This document shows, piece after piece, positions 1 through 9,489 of a stretch of DNA of 64,000 nucleotides. Numbering within the stretch: the stretch's first letter is position 1; each line of letters begins with the position of its first letter. The translations under genes were made by a program, and so were the position numbers. The stretch comes from Euryarchaeota archaeon UBA463 (GTDB taxonomy: Archaea > Thermoplasmatota > Poseidoniia > Poseidoniales > Thalassarchaeaceae): the NCBI GenBank assembly GCA_002501805.1, contig DAOI01000008.1, positions 31,420 through 95,419 of the forward strand, in the 5' to 3' direction. Below the pieces are notes generated by a model. It saw nothing but the letters and a program-made list of their open reading frames with translations, made no database searches and was not told the origin of the DNA.

Positions 1-1682
1 ACCAGGCTTTCGCACTCACGGTAATTACCGTGGTAGTACCGACACTGCTATCCAACATGTTCAACCTAGCAAATGGAGGAAGCGCGGAATATGCCGGTAT
101 GACATTTACTGGGGACAGTTTCTATGCTGTAGTACTCGGGATTTCTAGTGTCTTTGTGGCTATTGTTAGTCCAGTGTTAGGAGCCATAGCAGATAGGATG
201 CCCATTAAGAAAAAGATTCTGAAGATCTATACTATCGTTGGAATTCTATTCACTGCTCTAATGGGGTTAGCTCCCTATATGAGTGAGGAGTCATCATACA
301 AATTCTTGGCTATTTGCCTGATTATGGGCAATATAGGATTTGCTGGAGGTCATGCGATTTACTCGGCCTTCCTTCCCTATCTGGGAGATAAGCGCCTAAT
401 GGACCATATCTCCAGCTGGGGATATGCCTATGGTTTTCTAGGTGGTTCGACGCTACTAACGATTCATTTGATTGTAGGTTTAAGATTTGGATTCGAGGAC
501 CCTAATGTTCAGTGTTTCGTTTTCCTAACTAGCGCCTTGTGGTGGCTAGGTTTCTCAGTGCCTATTTTCAGAAACACTCCTGAGCCTGAAATACCAAGTC
601 CTACTCAATACTCGTCTATTTTTGAAGCGATAATAGATGGAGTCAGGGAGATTCGTAAGACGTTCTCTGAGATTCGTAGATACAGGGTACTGACTCTGTT
701 CATGTGTGGGTATCTGTTATTCTATGATGGGGTAAATGCGATTGGAGGATTAGCTGCGGCATATGCAGATTCCGTATTGAGGATAGACTTCAGTATGAAT
801 TTCGTTCTTCTTCTTTCTGCCAACATAGTCGCTATTCCAATGACTATCATAGGCGGTTCGCTAGCTAGTAGGTACAGTAACAAGAAGATTCTAGGTGGGG
901 CTCTGGCGATATTCTGTGTTGTGTCAGTTCTGGGGGTGGGATTTGCACCTCTTGAGCTGGACGGCGACCATGAGAGATATGACTTCCGTTATGACTGGGA
1001 TCAGGAAGAGGATTCATACAAACTTTCAACACTCTACAATCGAGGAGTGGACGGTTGGGTTAGTGAGTCAGGAGAGGGGGACGAGGAGTTCAGGGAGGCA
1101 TTCCTGCAATTTCTGAAGTCGGGCGACGATGAGCGTTCCTTACTAAGTCTCGAAGAGTCTTCATTACTGGCTCTTAGGATGGAAAATAGTACTCAACACA
1201 GATTCTCCTTCTCCTTCCGTGGCGGAGTATTGGATGGAGCCTCTTCTGTAGGTATTGATCATCCCACAGTTATCGAAGGAGGGCCAATAGACTGGTGGCC
1301 TAACTTGCTAAGAGACAATGTCTGGGAGCCTGCAGGGCTAGGAATTAACCTACAGTGGATAATATTAGGAATGACATTTGGTATGGTGATGGGAGTTGCC
1401 GGAGCTCTATCTAGAAGTCTCTTCAGTATGCTGATTCCTACGTCGAAGACTACTGAGTTCTTTGGGTTCTTCGCATTCATAGGGAAGGCAGTTTCGGTCC
1501 TAGGGCCAATAGTGTATGCGATAGTAGCTGCCTCTATGGATAGCAGGATGGGGCTTCTGAGCGTGGTGGTTCCCATCTTGATGGGAATGTGTTTCTTCTT
1601 CGTTGTAGATATTGAAGAGGGAATTCGTGTCGCAAGAGAGGTTGATGAAGAGGTGGCCTCTGGGACTAATGAAGTGGTGTAA
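1..1682 (+). CDS. MFS transporter (UMF1/Atg22-like), 5' end cut by the window edge
   Basis: The frame of ORF 30..1682 stays open back to nt 3, so the true start lies upstream. About 11 hydrophobic helices are visible in a 5+6 layout. A basic loop (SPVLGAIADRMPIKKK) follows an early TM, as in MFS loop 2-3. An acidic ~130 aa insert (nt 951-1343) interrupts the C-terminal half. Confidence 0.6.
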   Translation, partial: QAFALTVITVVVPTLLSNMFNLANGGSAEYAGMTFTGDSFYAVVLGISSVFVAIVSPVLGAIADRMPIKKKILKIYTIVGILFTALMGLAPYMSEESSYKFLAICLIMGNIGFAGGHAIYSAFLPYLGDKRLMDHISSWGYAYGFLGGSTLLTIHLIVGLRFGFEDPNVQCFVFLTSALWWLGFSVPIFRNTPEPEIPSPTQYSSIFEAIIDGVREIRKTFSEIRRYRVLTLFMCGYLLFYDGVNAIGGLAAAYADSVLRIDFSMNFVLLLSANIVAIPMTIIGGSLASRYSNKKILGGALAIFCVVSVLGVGFAPLELDGDHERYDFRYDWDQEEDSYKLSTLYNRGVDGWVSESGEGDEEFREAFLQFLKSGDDERSLLSLEESSLLALRMENSTQHRFSFSFRGGVLDGASSVGIDHPTVIEGGPIDWWPNLLRDNVWEPAGLGINLQWIILGMTFGMVMGVAGALSRSLFSMLIPTSKTTEFFGFFAFIGKAVSVLGPIVYAIVAASMDSRMGLLSVVVPILMGMCFFFVVDIEEGIRVAREVDEEVASGTNEVV

Positions 1683-2428
1683 TGAGGGCTTTCACAATTA
1701 TTCAAAATTTTCTGACAGCTATAGCAATTCCATTCCTAGCTCTCATTATAGGGATTTGCTCCTTTCCTGGAATCTATATTTTTTTCAAGATTATTGACCT
1801 GTTCGGAACTAGTATAGATTCATTCAACGATATAGATAGTGTTCCATTGGAGGATTTTGTAATTACTGGAGCAGCACTTGGTATGGGAATAACTGCTTGG
1901 GGAGTGACTCTAGTGATTTTCTCTGGGCTATTAGGAGGTCTATTTCGGCCGAGGCTGGAGCCAGGAAGATATCCACTGAAGTCCTTTGTAACAATCCAGT
2001 GGGCTTGGTCGATGATTTTTCACAAAATAGCTCTTTTCTTCTTGCCCTTTCTAGTTCCATCATTTATTGGCAATACTTTCTATCGACTATCAGGTGCAAA
2101 GTTAGGAAAAGGAGTACAAATCAATTCAGCACACCTCAATGATGCCGGTTCTGTAACTCTAGGAGATGGCGTGGTAATTGGAGGAAAGGCCATCATCAAT
2201 GCACATTTGACTGAGAAAGGAGAGTTGGTGATGGCTCCGGTAAATATTGGTAAGGACGCTCTGATCGGGATGGGTTCTGTCATTCAGCCGGGTTGTGTCA
2301 TCGGAGAGGGGGCAATCATAGCATCAAGAGCGGTGGTCCCCAAGTGGACTACCATCCCTGCAGGGGAAGTATGGGCTGGAATTCCAGCTAGATGTATTAG
2401 ACTGGCAGATGGTACCATACCAGAGTAG
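1682..2428 (+). CDS. Membrane-anchored hexapeptide-repeat (left-handed beta-helix) acyltransferase
   Basis: The N-terminal ~130 aa hold 3-4 hydrophobic helices. The C-terminal half has imperfect hexapeptide repeats (GKGVQINSAHLNDAGSVTLGDGVVIGGKAIINAHL...IGKDALIGMGSVIQPGCVIGEGAIIASRAVV). Its ATG overlaps the TAA of the MFS gene by 1 nt (TAATGA). Confidence 0.65.
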   Translation: MRAFTIIQNFLTAIAIPFLALIIGICSFPGIYIFFKIIDLFGTSIDSFNDIDSVPLEDFVITGAALGMGITAWGVTLVIFSGLLGGLFRPRLEPGRYPLKSFVTIQWAWSMIFHKIALFFLPFLVPSFIGNTFYRLSGAKLGKGVQINSAHLNDAGSVTLGDGVVIGGKAIINAHLTEKGELVMAPVNIGKDALIGMGSVIQPGCVIGEGAIIASRAVVPKWTTIPAGEVWAGIPARCIRLADGTIPE

Positions 2429-2439
2429 TGGAGATGTCC

Positions 2440-3087
2440 TCACACTTCTTCTTCTGATATCTCTGATTCTTCTGGAGCGTCTTCTTCCACGGTGGCGTTT
2501 TCAGACGTTGCTTCCTTGACGGCCTCAAGCGTCTCATCCATTCTATCTCTGAAAGTATCCTGCTTCTCCTGGAACTCCTTGAAATATTCCATGGCCCGAT
2601 CAATCATCTCAAATCTTGTCTCAGTGACCTTCTTGATATCTTCGAATATCTTCATGTGCTCCACGTACCAGTCGTCTCTGGCCTTCAACTCAGAAGTAGC
2701 GGTCTGAAGTGCTTCATCGAGCTCCTCTGCGACATCGAATACTCTTCCAAGCCTAGCTTGTTCCCTGGTGTACATCTCTTCCATCTTCTCCAGTTCAGGC
2801 TCGAGATGCTTTACTCTTGTTCCTGCCTTAGCTGACTCTATCTCGAGGTTCCTGATACGACTATCCTTCTCATTGAGAAGATCGCCCAATCCCTCTTTCT
2901 CGATTTCCTTGTCGATTGCGTCCTTTTCGAGAACTTCGATGTGGGCTTTGGCGTCAGCTAGCTCAGATTCGATTGCCTGATATGCCACGTAAAGCTTGTC
3001 AAGTCGTTCCTTCTCCATGGCTAGTTGCTCAGCCAAATCGTCCTGTTCGACAGGTATTGTTTCCTCGTCGCTCATGGTGTATCCCAA
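2440..3087 (-). CDS. Acidic coiled-coil protein, function unknown
   Basis: 215 aa, very E/K/D/L rich with heptad-like stretches and an acidic tail (EEDAPEESEISEEEV). I recognised no catalytic motif. Confidence 0.5.
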   Translation of the reverse strand: MGYTMSDEETIPVEQDDLAEQLAMEKERLDKLYVAYQAIESELADAKAHIEVLEKDAIDKEIEKEGLGDLLNEKDSRIRNLEIESAKAGTRVKHLEPELEKMEEMYTREQARLGRVFDVAEELDEALQTATSELKARDDWYVEHMKIFEDIKKVTETRFEMIDRAMEYFKEFQEKQDTFRDRMDETLEAVKEATSENATVEEDAPEESEISEEEV

Positions 3088-3155
3088 ACAGTTGGACTAC
3101 TGCTTCCCCTTTAACCCCGGCGGAAACGGGATACAAATACATGGGATTAGTGTAT

Positions 3156-4592
3156 TCATCTCGAAATCGCGGCTACAGTCGTTGCCAGTACCACTGTCAG
3201 TCTCTTTGCCGAGGGGATGTGGAGCTTTTCGTCGGGACCATGTGCATTGTTTCCGGGCCCAGAGGCCCCTGTGCACAGAAACTTGGCTTTTGGGTATCTA
3301 CTCTGCATCATAGCCATGAATGGAATTGTTCCACCAATCCAAGTTGCTAAAGGGGGTCTACCGGTTAAGTACATAGAAGCCTCAGTAATGGCCCTCTTTA
3401 CCTCTCCATCTAGCGGAGGGGAATGAAAACCATTTGCGGACGAGTCAGGCGAGAATGAAACCTCTGCTCCATATGGTGGATTTTCCTCTAGGGTTTCCTT
3501 CAGAATCGGCTCTAGAGAGTCTGCATCGACTCCAGGGGGTATTCTAAAGCTCAATTTTAGATCGGTATTGGTTCTCAGTACATTTCCAGCCACCTGAACT
3601 GATGGTAGACCATCAGCTCCGATGACGCATAGTGAGGGTTGCCAATTCATTCCCAGAATCATGTCTGCAGTATTATCCAAAACCGGAAGGAGTGTGTCTA
3701 CCGTGGGAAGCTGTTGCCAAAGCGAGTCCCCCACCACGTTGGCGAGTGACTCCGCCTTGCTTCTCAGATCATCGGATATGTCAACATGCATTTCAGGAAT
3801 CAAAATCTGTCCTGAGTTTGAGTCTTCTACCCTATCTAACAGTGCCCTAGCTATCCTAAATGAAGATGGAATAGATCCTCCGGAAGTACCCGAGTGGATT
3901 CCCTCATGTGAAACCTTGATTGAAAGAGTACCCGAGATAAGGCCCCTTAGTGCCTCTGTAATCCAGATATGATCATAGTCAGGACCACCACTATCCATTA
4001 CTACAATCATATCGGGCTCTCCTAAATCTTCCTGCAGAGCCTCGAGATAAGGAGGTAGATCATAGGATCCTGATTCTTCACAGGTTTCGATTAAGAAGGA
4101 GCATTTTGGATGAGGAATATTGGAGTTCTGAAGAATCTTCAGAGCAGCTACGCATAGGTACCCCCCATATCCGTCGTCGATACTGCCCCTACCGAAGAGC
4201 CAGGGATCCCTCCTGACAGATTTCAAAGGACCGAGTCCCTCGGACCACAGTTCTGGCTTGGAGGGTTGCTTATCCAGATGAGAGTAGAAGATAATCTCAC
4301 CCGGTCCTGTCCCCTCGACAGTGATAAGCAGGACTGGAGACCTGTCTTCGATCCTGTGAACTGAGTAGGTCATTCCATTCAGATTCTGGGTTTCAACCCA
4401 CTTACAGAATAGATCAATTGTGGCGTCAAGCTCCCCTAGCTTACGCCAATCTGGTTCGAACAGTGGAGAGAGGGCCTTGATGGATATGAATTCACTGAGG
4501 CTGGGGATAATTGAGTTCTCCCATATATCATCACTCATAGTCAGAAGCCGGTCCATGTCGTGTTCCATGTGTATTGGTATGCAATGTAGCAA
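3156..4592 (-). CDS. M20-family metallopeptidase (dipeptidase/carnosinase-like)
   Basis: M20 metal-binding motifs are present: YSHLDKQP, GRGSIDDGYG, IETCEESGS and a C-terminal HGPDE. The exact start is uncertain because there are several in-frame Met near the N-terminus. Confidence 0.8.
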   Translation of the reverse strand: MLHCIPIHMEHDMDRLLTMSDDIWENSIIPSLSEFISIKALSPLFEPDWRKLGELDATIDLFCKWVETQNLNGMTYSVHRIEDRSPVLLITVEGTGPGEIIFYSHLDKQPSKPELWSEGLGPLKSVRRDPWLFGRGSIDDGYGGYLCVAALKILQNSNIPHPKCSFLIETCEESGSYDLPPYLEALQEDLGEPDMIVVMDSGGPDYDHIWITEALRGLISGTLSIKVSHEGIHSGTSGGSIPSSFRIARALLDRVEDSNSGQILIPEMHVDISDDLRSKAESLANVVGDSLWQQLPTVDTLLPVLDNTADMILGMNWQPSLCVIGADGLPSVQVAGNVLRTNTDLKLSFRIPPGVDADSLEPILKETLEENPPYGAEVSFSPDSSANGFHSPPLDGEVKRAITEASMYLTGRPPLATWIGGTIPFMAMMQSRYPKAKFLCTGASGPGNNAHGPDEKLHIPSAKRLTVVLATTVAAISR

Positions 4593-4626
4593 ATGGATTC
4601 TTCTGTCCAGCGTTATTAGAAATATG

Positions 4627-7600
4627 CTAAGTGCAGGTCGAGCAAGTACAAGGATACCGAGTAATTGGGGCTTCTGATAAGAGTGCCATTTCCGTCACGG
4701 TATTCATGGCGATCTCTAACTTTTGAAGTGCCTCTAGGAACATGTCTTCCGGGTATTCAACGATTCTACCAGTTATGCCAACTAATATTGCTGGCCTTAG
4801 GACCTCTCTGTAAGGTAGCCCTCTGTTCTTCCTCTCATCCTCGATAGACTTCAAAGACGAGTAATACAGTGTCAACTGCATCGCGTGGTGTTCGAGAATA
4901 TCCATCTCCGATTGAGATACTGGATTGATAGAATCGTTGCCCAATGACGATATTAGGCCTTCGGAATCAAAATCAGAGATACTCATTGCCTCCTCGGTCT
5001 TCAGATCTATGGGCCTGACGAAACTCCCTTCCTCAGAGGTAGTGCAAAGTACCAGATCTATCACCCCATCCATCTCTAAAGAAGCGTGGTCGATGTATGA
5101 GAGGGGCTCTATTCCATCGGGAGACCATCTCCCTCTCGTAATCCCCCCAGGGTCTACAGTCCTGGCGATATGGAATGGCATCTCAGTTCGTAAGCCATCT
5201 ACTAAATGACCATCGACTGAGGTACCAGAGCATAGTTCCCCCAGAGGTCCCTTTCTAATTCTTTCAAGTATTGTCCTGACTATTTTAGAGCACCCTTCCC
5301 TATCTGCTTCCAGTGGTAGTATTTCATGGAACACCTGTTCCATAAGTGAGTCATCGGTAAGTCTGTCCGGACTCTTGCTTATCCATGAGCTAGGTAGATT
5401 CGGAATGATATCACTTGGAGAGCCAGGATTCATCAGCCCTATCTCGAAAATCCTGTGAACCACTTTACCAAGTGTGGCGGCATCAATGCCGGATGGCAAT
5501 GTTTTGTCCTCTGGTTGTCCCGAGTGATACTCTGAGCTCTTTGCCGGGCTACCTCCCCTTGTCTCGAGCCAGTATCTCCTAGGACATTCATTGTATACCG
5601 TCAGATTGTGAGGAGCGATCCTAACTCTGTTGCCCCTATCATTTCTGGAAGTAGTATTTGGTGCGGGAAGGAGGGAGGCTGATTCAGAAGACGCTTGATT
5701 GGTTCTCTCGATCTTTTGCAGGGGTGTCAGGACTGTTCTGGTCGTCTTATTTGTCGTTTCAAAGCACATCGGATGATGCAATATGGTTATGCCATGGAGA
5801 TTATTTGATCCTAGCATTCCTGAGGTTGATGCTAATAGTGGATCTATCTCCCTGATACCTTCGTTAGTAACTGTTGGAGGAGATTGAGATTGTGAGTCTT
5901 CTGAAGAAAGCCAATGAGATGATTCCTCCCCTCTCTTCCACGAACCCTGTCTAAGAGATTCTAGCCACATTTCTCCGAGTTGGGGAACTGATTTTCCATA
6001 AGACCAAGAAAAAGTGATCCCCTTTCCATCCTCCCAATTAGTGTGCTTGGGGGACCCACAAATTATCAGCTTCTCTTCAGCTCTTGTGGCCGCTACGTAA
6101 AGCAACCTCCTTGCTTCGGCATTCCTTCTGGCCAAGTGGACTTTCTTCACGTGTTTCCAGAGTGGGGAAACTGGATCTTTAGAAGGCCATGGCTTGGGAT
6201 GGCCCCCGAATAAATCAGGAGTCACAATGAGTCTCTCAGAGGATTCTATTCTGATATTTGTCTGCCTTCCGGAGAATACATCTGCTAGGATTACTACCTT
6301 AGATTCTAGGCCCTTTGATCCATGGATTGTCATAACTCTGACAGCGTCTGAGTCGGGCACATTCACTGCCTCTGTACTGTTCTTATCTCCCTCTCTTAGT
6401 CTACGGACACTGTCCGCAATTACCTTGCAGTCACCGCCGAGATCCATAGCCAACGTGCTCACTAGTTGAATAAACTGCTCGGCATCCTGCCTTGAGGTAT
6501 TGTCTGGGTAGGCCATCAGTAGGTCTGATCTATCCAATGTCTCGTTGAGAGCTTCGACTAGTCTGCTAGACTTGGAGAGGATCTCCCATCTTTTTATCAT
6601 CTCTTTATGCCTGTCATTTACTGTGAAATCTCGTAATCTAGCTAGCATATCTTCCCCTCTGGATGAGTCCCCAATGAATCTCTGTAGTTGTTTGTCATCG
6701 AGTCCTATTAGTGGAGACCTTGCTACCCATGCGGCGTGATGGGGAGAGTCGGGCCTTGCCAATAGCTGCAATAGGCCATCGAGGGCATGTACGGTCGGAC
6801 GTTGTAGGAGGCTTCCTTCCCTGTCGGCCTGAGCAGGGACACCAACAACTGAGAGCTCTCTCATTATGCTGTCCCTCAGCTTACTCCTGCTTGGAAGGAG
6901 AATCATGATGTCACTCGGAGCGATTGGCTCTTCTGCCGGTAGCTCGCTCCACTTTCCTGACGATGAGAGAACCCTTATTGGCTCTCCTTTGATCAAATTT
7001 CTGGCCCTCAGTGCGATTAGCATCGCCTGCCTTTCGATCGAGTTCGGCTTTCCGAATCCGAACGAGTCTATGGGGGCAGTGAGATCTTCTGGGGAATCAT
7101 CATCCCCGCCGTTTAGTACAGGGCATATCCATTCAATCGATCCAGACGAGTCTGAGTTTTCCTCAGACGGACGCAGGGGTTGTGATGTAGCGTAGAAGTC
7201 TCCTCTTGGGAAATCTTTGTGCCTGTCTGAAAACACATCATCCCACCAGTGATTCATTGCTTCTAATAGCCCTCCCTTGGTACGATAGTTAACATTTAGT
7301 CGGATCAACCCGTTCCTCCTTCTATCGATTTCCTCGGGCTCTGGGATACGTCCTCTATCTGGAAGATCGAAAGGAACCCATGGTGTCGTATCAATTCCAG
7401 ATAAGTGTGTCAGTGTCTTTGCCTGTTTGATTCCAACTAGATGTGCATTTCTTGGATCCCTGCTACTGTCGATCTTCCTTAGTGTGGGCTTTTGTCGTAA
7501 TAACGGGATGCTGGAGAATTCATGTTGATTTATCGCCATCAGTGTTCTAGCATATTCAAGGAATCCGACCACTTCAGCCTGTCTGAAAGCATAGATGCTC

Positions 7601-9489
7601 TGCTTGACATCGCCAACGTAGCATACAGTGGGTTGCCATGGCGTATCGGGGGTTGGAATCTCTCCCTCCAGGACAGTCCTCTCCCCCCAGAGTCTGGAAA
7701 GAAGCCTCCATTGGAGAGGAGAGTTATCCTGTGCCTCGTCAATTATGAATGCCCTGAATCTCCTTCGAATGGTCCTGAGAAGATCGTATCTCCTTTCCAG
7801 ATCTGATCTTATGGCTGTCAATTCGGATATTGATTCTCCTGCTAACTTTGGATTATTCTCTAATGTGGATATCTGCTTTAACGCGGCCAGTATATGATCG
7901 TCTCTCCAAGGTTCATCGCCTATGGAATCTAGTTCTCTAATTACCTCTTGGGGGTAGTATTTACGACACACTTCTGGACATTTGGAAAGCAGAAGGTCGC
8001 TTGCCAGGGCCTGTATATCATCGAAATCGTGGACCTCTTCTCTTTCCTTCATCCTTCTCAGAATCCCTTTGAATCCTAGATGTGCTAACCTGAGATCATC
8101 CAGATTCCTAGCTTCTGCTTCTATGGTGAAGTAGTATCTCTCTGATTTTTCTCCTTGAGGAAGCCTATCTGGGATGGTGTCTGGTAGTGGGGACAGGGAT
8201 TTCCCACGAGATAGAGGTGAGCAAGGAGGGGATGCCGAGTCTAGTAGCATTGCAATCTGAGCAAAATGGAGAGTCAGGGAACCAGTAGAGTCAGTCCATG
8301 CGTTCCTGATTCTATCTATTTCCAAGTTGAGTGCTTCTTTGGTAGATTCCTTGGTGTGCTTGTCCTTTATTGCGCTCCAAGACTTAACGCCCCTCGGCCA
8401 GTGGCTGTCATCAGGAATATTTTGTCTGGGAAATATGGTTGGAGCCCCAGATTGAACTGTTGATGCACTGGTGGTGCAATCGAGATGGTGCGCAAGCCAT
8501 ACTAATTGTTCCCATGTATCGGAAGGAATCTGTTGATTTAGTGCTAATAGACAGGCCATTCTCGATTCTTGGGGAATGCCCCCGGCGACCATTTCGGGAG
8601 ATCCAAGGATGATGTCACAGTATCTCTCACTGCCTTCATTTATCTTCGAACACATTGACTCAACTAGGTGCCTATCAATTGTAGATAGGATTCTTTCCCT
8701 GAGTAGTAGGGGGTCTACATGGCCGTTCTTGTCAGTTATTCTCCTAAGTCCTTCCTCGATGAAGACGGATTTCTTAACAAGACCGCTGAGTAGCCTAGCT
8801 GCGGTCTTCCTACCAGAGTATCTCCTGGCTATTCTCTCTCTGGCCTCGAGGACATCTAACGCTATCTCTGCTGGAATGCCCGCATCGACTGCATCTCCAA
8901 GACCGGAGATTGAGCTTGGAAGCCTCCAAAGTGTATCGAGGGCGTCTTCGATAAGTAGTATCCTGCTTGCATCGGAAATATTCTCCCTGCTGAGAGCATC
9001 TCCTAGGAATCCTCTGTAAGGAGAGACTAATTGATTGAAGAAGGAGTCTATGGTCCCTATTGGGGCGTCCTCTAGAAGGGTTAGAAGCTGCTCTGGAAGG
9101 CCGGGATGGGTTACTCTTGGGTCGGCTCTATTCTGTTCGGAGACCGAGGAGGAGCCCATTCTCAGTTTCATTATCTCATCCCTCAACCTATGCCTCATCT
9201 CATCTGCCGCCTTGTTGGTGAATGTTAGTAGGACGACCTCTCCTGGAAGAAGCCCGGGGTGGTTCTCGGGAGCCACCGTCTCCGAAGAGGGAGAAATTAG
9301 GACCCCTCCTCTAAGTGGAGGGGGCCTTTCTGGGACTGGGAGTATTCTAGTGGCCCTTTGATCGCCACAAAGATAGTGCTCAATCACTCTGTCAATGATG
9401 GTCTTGGTCTTTCCTGTCCCGGCTCCAGCATCGATTACAATATGAGAATCCAAGTTTAGCGCAAGTCGCTGAGCAGTATTGGGAATCAT
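4627..9489 (-). CDS. addA: AddA/RecB-like UvrD-family helicase fused to a C-terminal PD-(D/E)XK nuclease with Cys cluster
   Basis: SF1 helicase motifs: I AGAGTGKTKT, Ia TFTNKAADEMRHR, II FIIDEAQDNSP, III VGDVKQSIYAFRQA, IV NVNYRT, V TIHGSKGLESKVV, VI LLYVAATRAEEKLII. C-terminal nuclease: CPRRYW...GVIDLVL...IDLKTEE...QLTLYY, ending in CTCSTC. The start ATG shares 1 nt with the stop of the upstream gene (TGATG). Confidence 0.85.
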   Translation of the reverse strand: MIPNTAQRLALNLDSHIVIDAGAGTGKTKTIIDRVIEHYLCGDQRATRILPVPERPPPLRGGVLISPSSETVAPENHPGLLPGEVVLLTFTNKAADEMRHRLRDEIMKLRMGSSSVSEQNRADPRVTHPGLPEQLLTLLEDAPIGTIDSFFNQLVSPYRGFLGDALSRENISDASRILLIEDALDTLWRLPSSISGLGDAVDAGIPAEIALDVLEARERIARRYSGRKTAARLLSGLVKKSVFIEEGLRRITDKNGHVDPLLLRERILSTIDRHLVESMCSKINEGSERYCDIILGSPEMVAGGIPQESRMACLLALNQQIPSDTWEQLVWLAHHLDCTTSASTVQSGAPTIFPRQNIPDDSHWPRGVKSWSAIKDKHTKESTKEALNLEIDRIRNAWTDSTGSLTLHFAQIAMLLDSASPPCSPLSRGKSLSPLPDTIPDRLPQGEKSERYYFTIEAEARNLDDLRLAHLGFKGILRRMKEREEVHDFDDIQALASDLLLSKCPEVCRKYYPQEVIRELDSIGDEPWRDDHILAALKQISTLENNPKLAGESISELTAIRSDLERRYDLLRTIRRRFRAFIIDEAQDNSPLQWRLLSRLWGERTVLEGEIPTPDTPWQPTVCYVGDVKQSIYAFRQAEVVGFLEYARTLMAINQHEFSSIPLLRQKPTLRKIDSSRDPRNAHLVGIKQAKTLTHLSGIDTTPWVPFDLPDRGRIPEPEEIDRRRNGLIRLNVNYRTKGGLLEAMNHWWDDVFSDRHKDFPRGDFYATSQPLRPSEENSDSSGSIEWICPVLNGGDDDSPEDLTAPIDSFGFGKPNSIERQAMLIALRARNLIKGEPIRVLSSSGKWSELPAEEPIAPSDIMILLPSRSKLRDSIMRELSVVGVPAQADREGSLLQRPTVHALDGLLQLLARPDSPHHAAWVARSPLIGLDDKQLQRFIGDSSRGEDMLARLRDFTVNDRHKEMIKRWEILSKSSRLVEALNETLDRSDLLMAYPDNTSRQDAEQFIQLVSTLAMDLGGDCKVIADSVRRLREGDKNSTEAVNVPDSDAVRVMTIHGSKGLESKVVILADVFSGRQTNIRIESSERLIVTPDLFGGHPKPWPSKDPVSPLWKHVKKVHLARRNAEARRLLYVAATRAEEKLIICGSPKHTNWEDGKGITFSWSYGKSVPQLGEMWLESLRQGSWKRGEESSHWLSSEDSQSQSPPTVTNEGIREIDPLLASTSGMLGSNNLHGITILHHPMCFETTNKTTRTVLTPLQKIERTNQASSESASLLPAPNTTSRNDRGNRVRIAPHNLTVYNECPRRYWLETRGGSPAKSSEYHSGQPEDKTLPSGIDAATLGKVVHRIFEIGLMNPGSPSDIIPNLPSSWISKSPDRLTDDSLMEQVFHEILPLEADREGCSKIVRTILERIRKGPLGELCSGTSVDGHLVDGLRTEMPFHIARTVDPGGITRGRWSPDGIEPLSYIDHASLEMDGVIDLVLCTTSEEGSFVRPIDLKTEEAMSISDFDSEGLISSLGNDSINPVSQSEMDILEHHAMQLTLYYSSLKSIEDERKNRGLPYREVLRPAILVGITGRIVEYPEDMFLEALQKLEIAMNTVTEMALLSEAPITRYPCTCSTCT

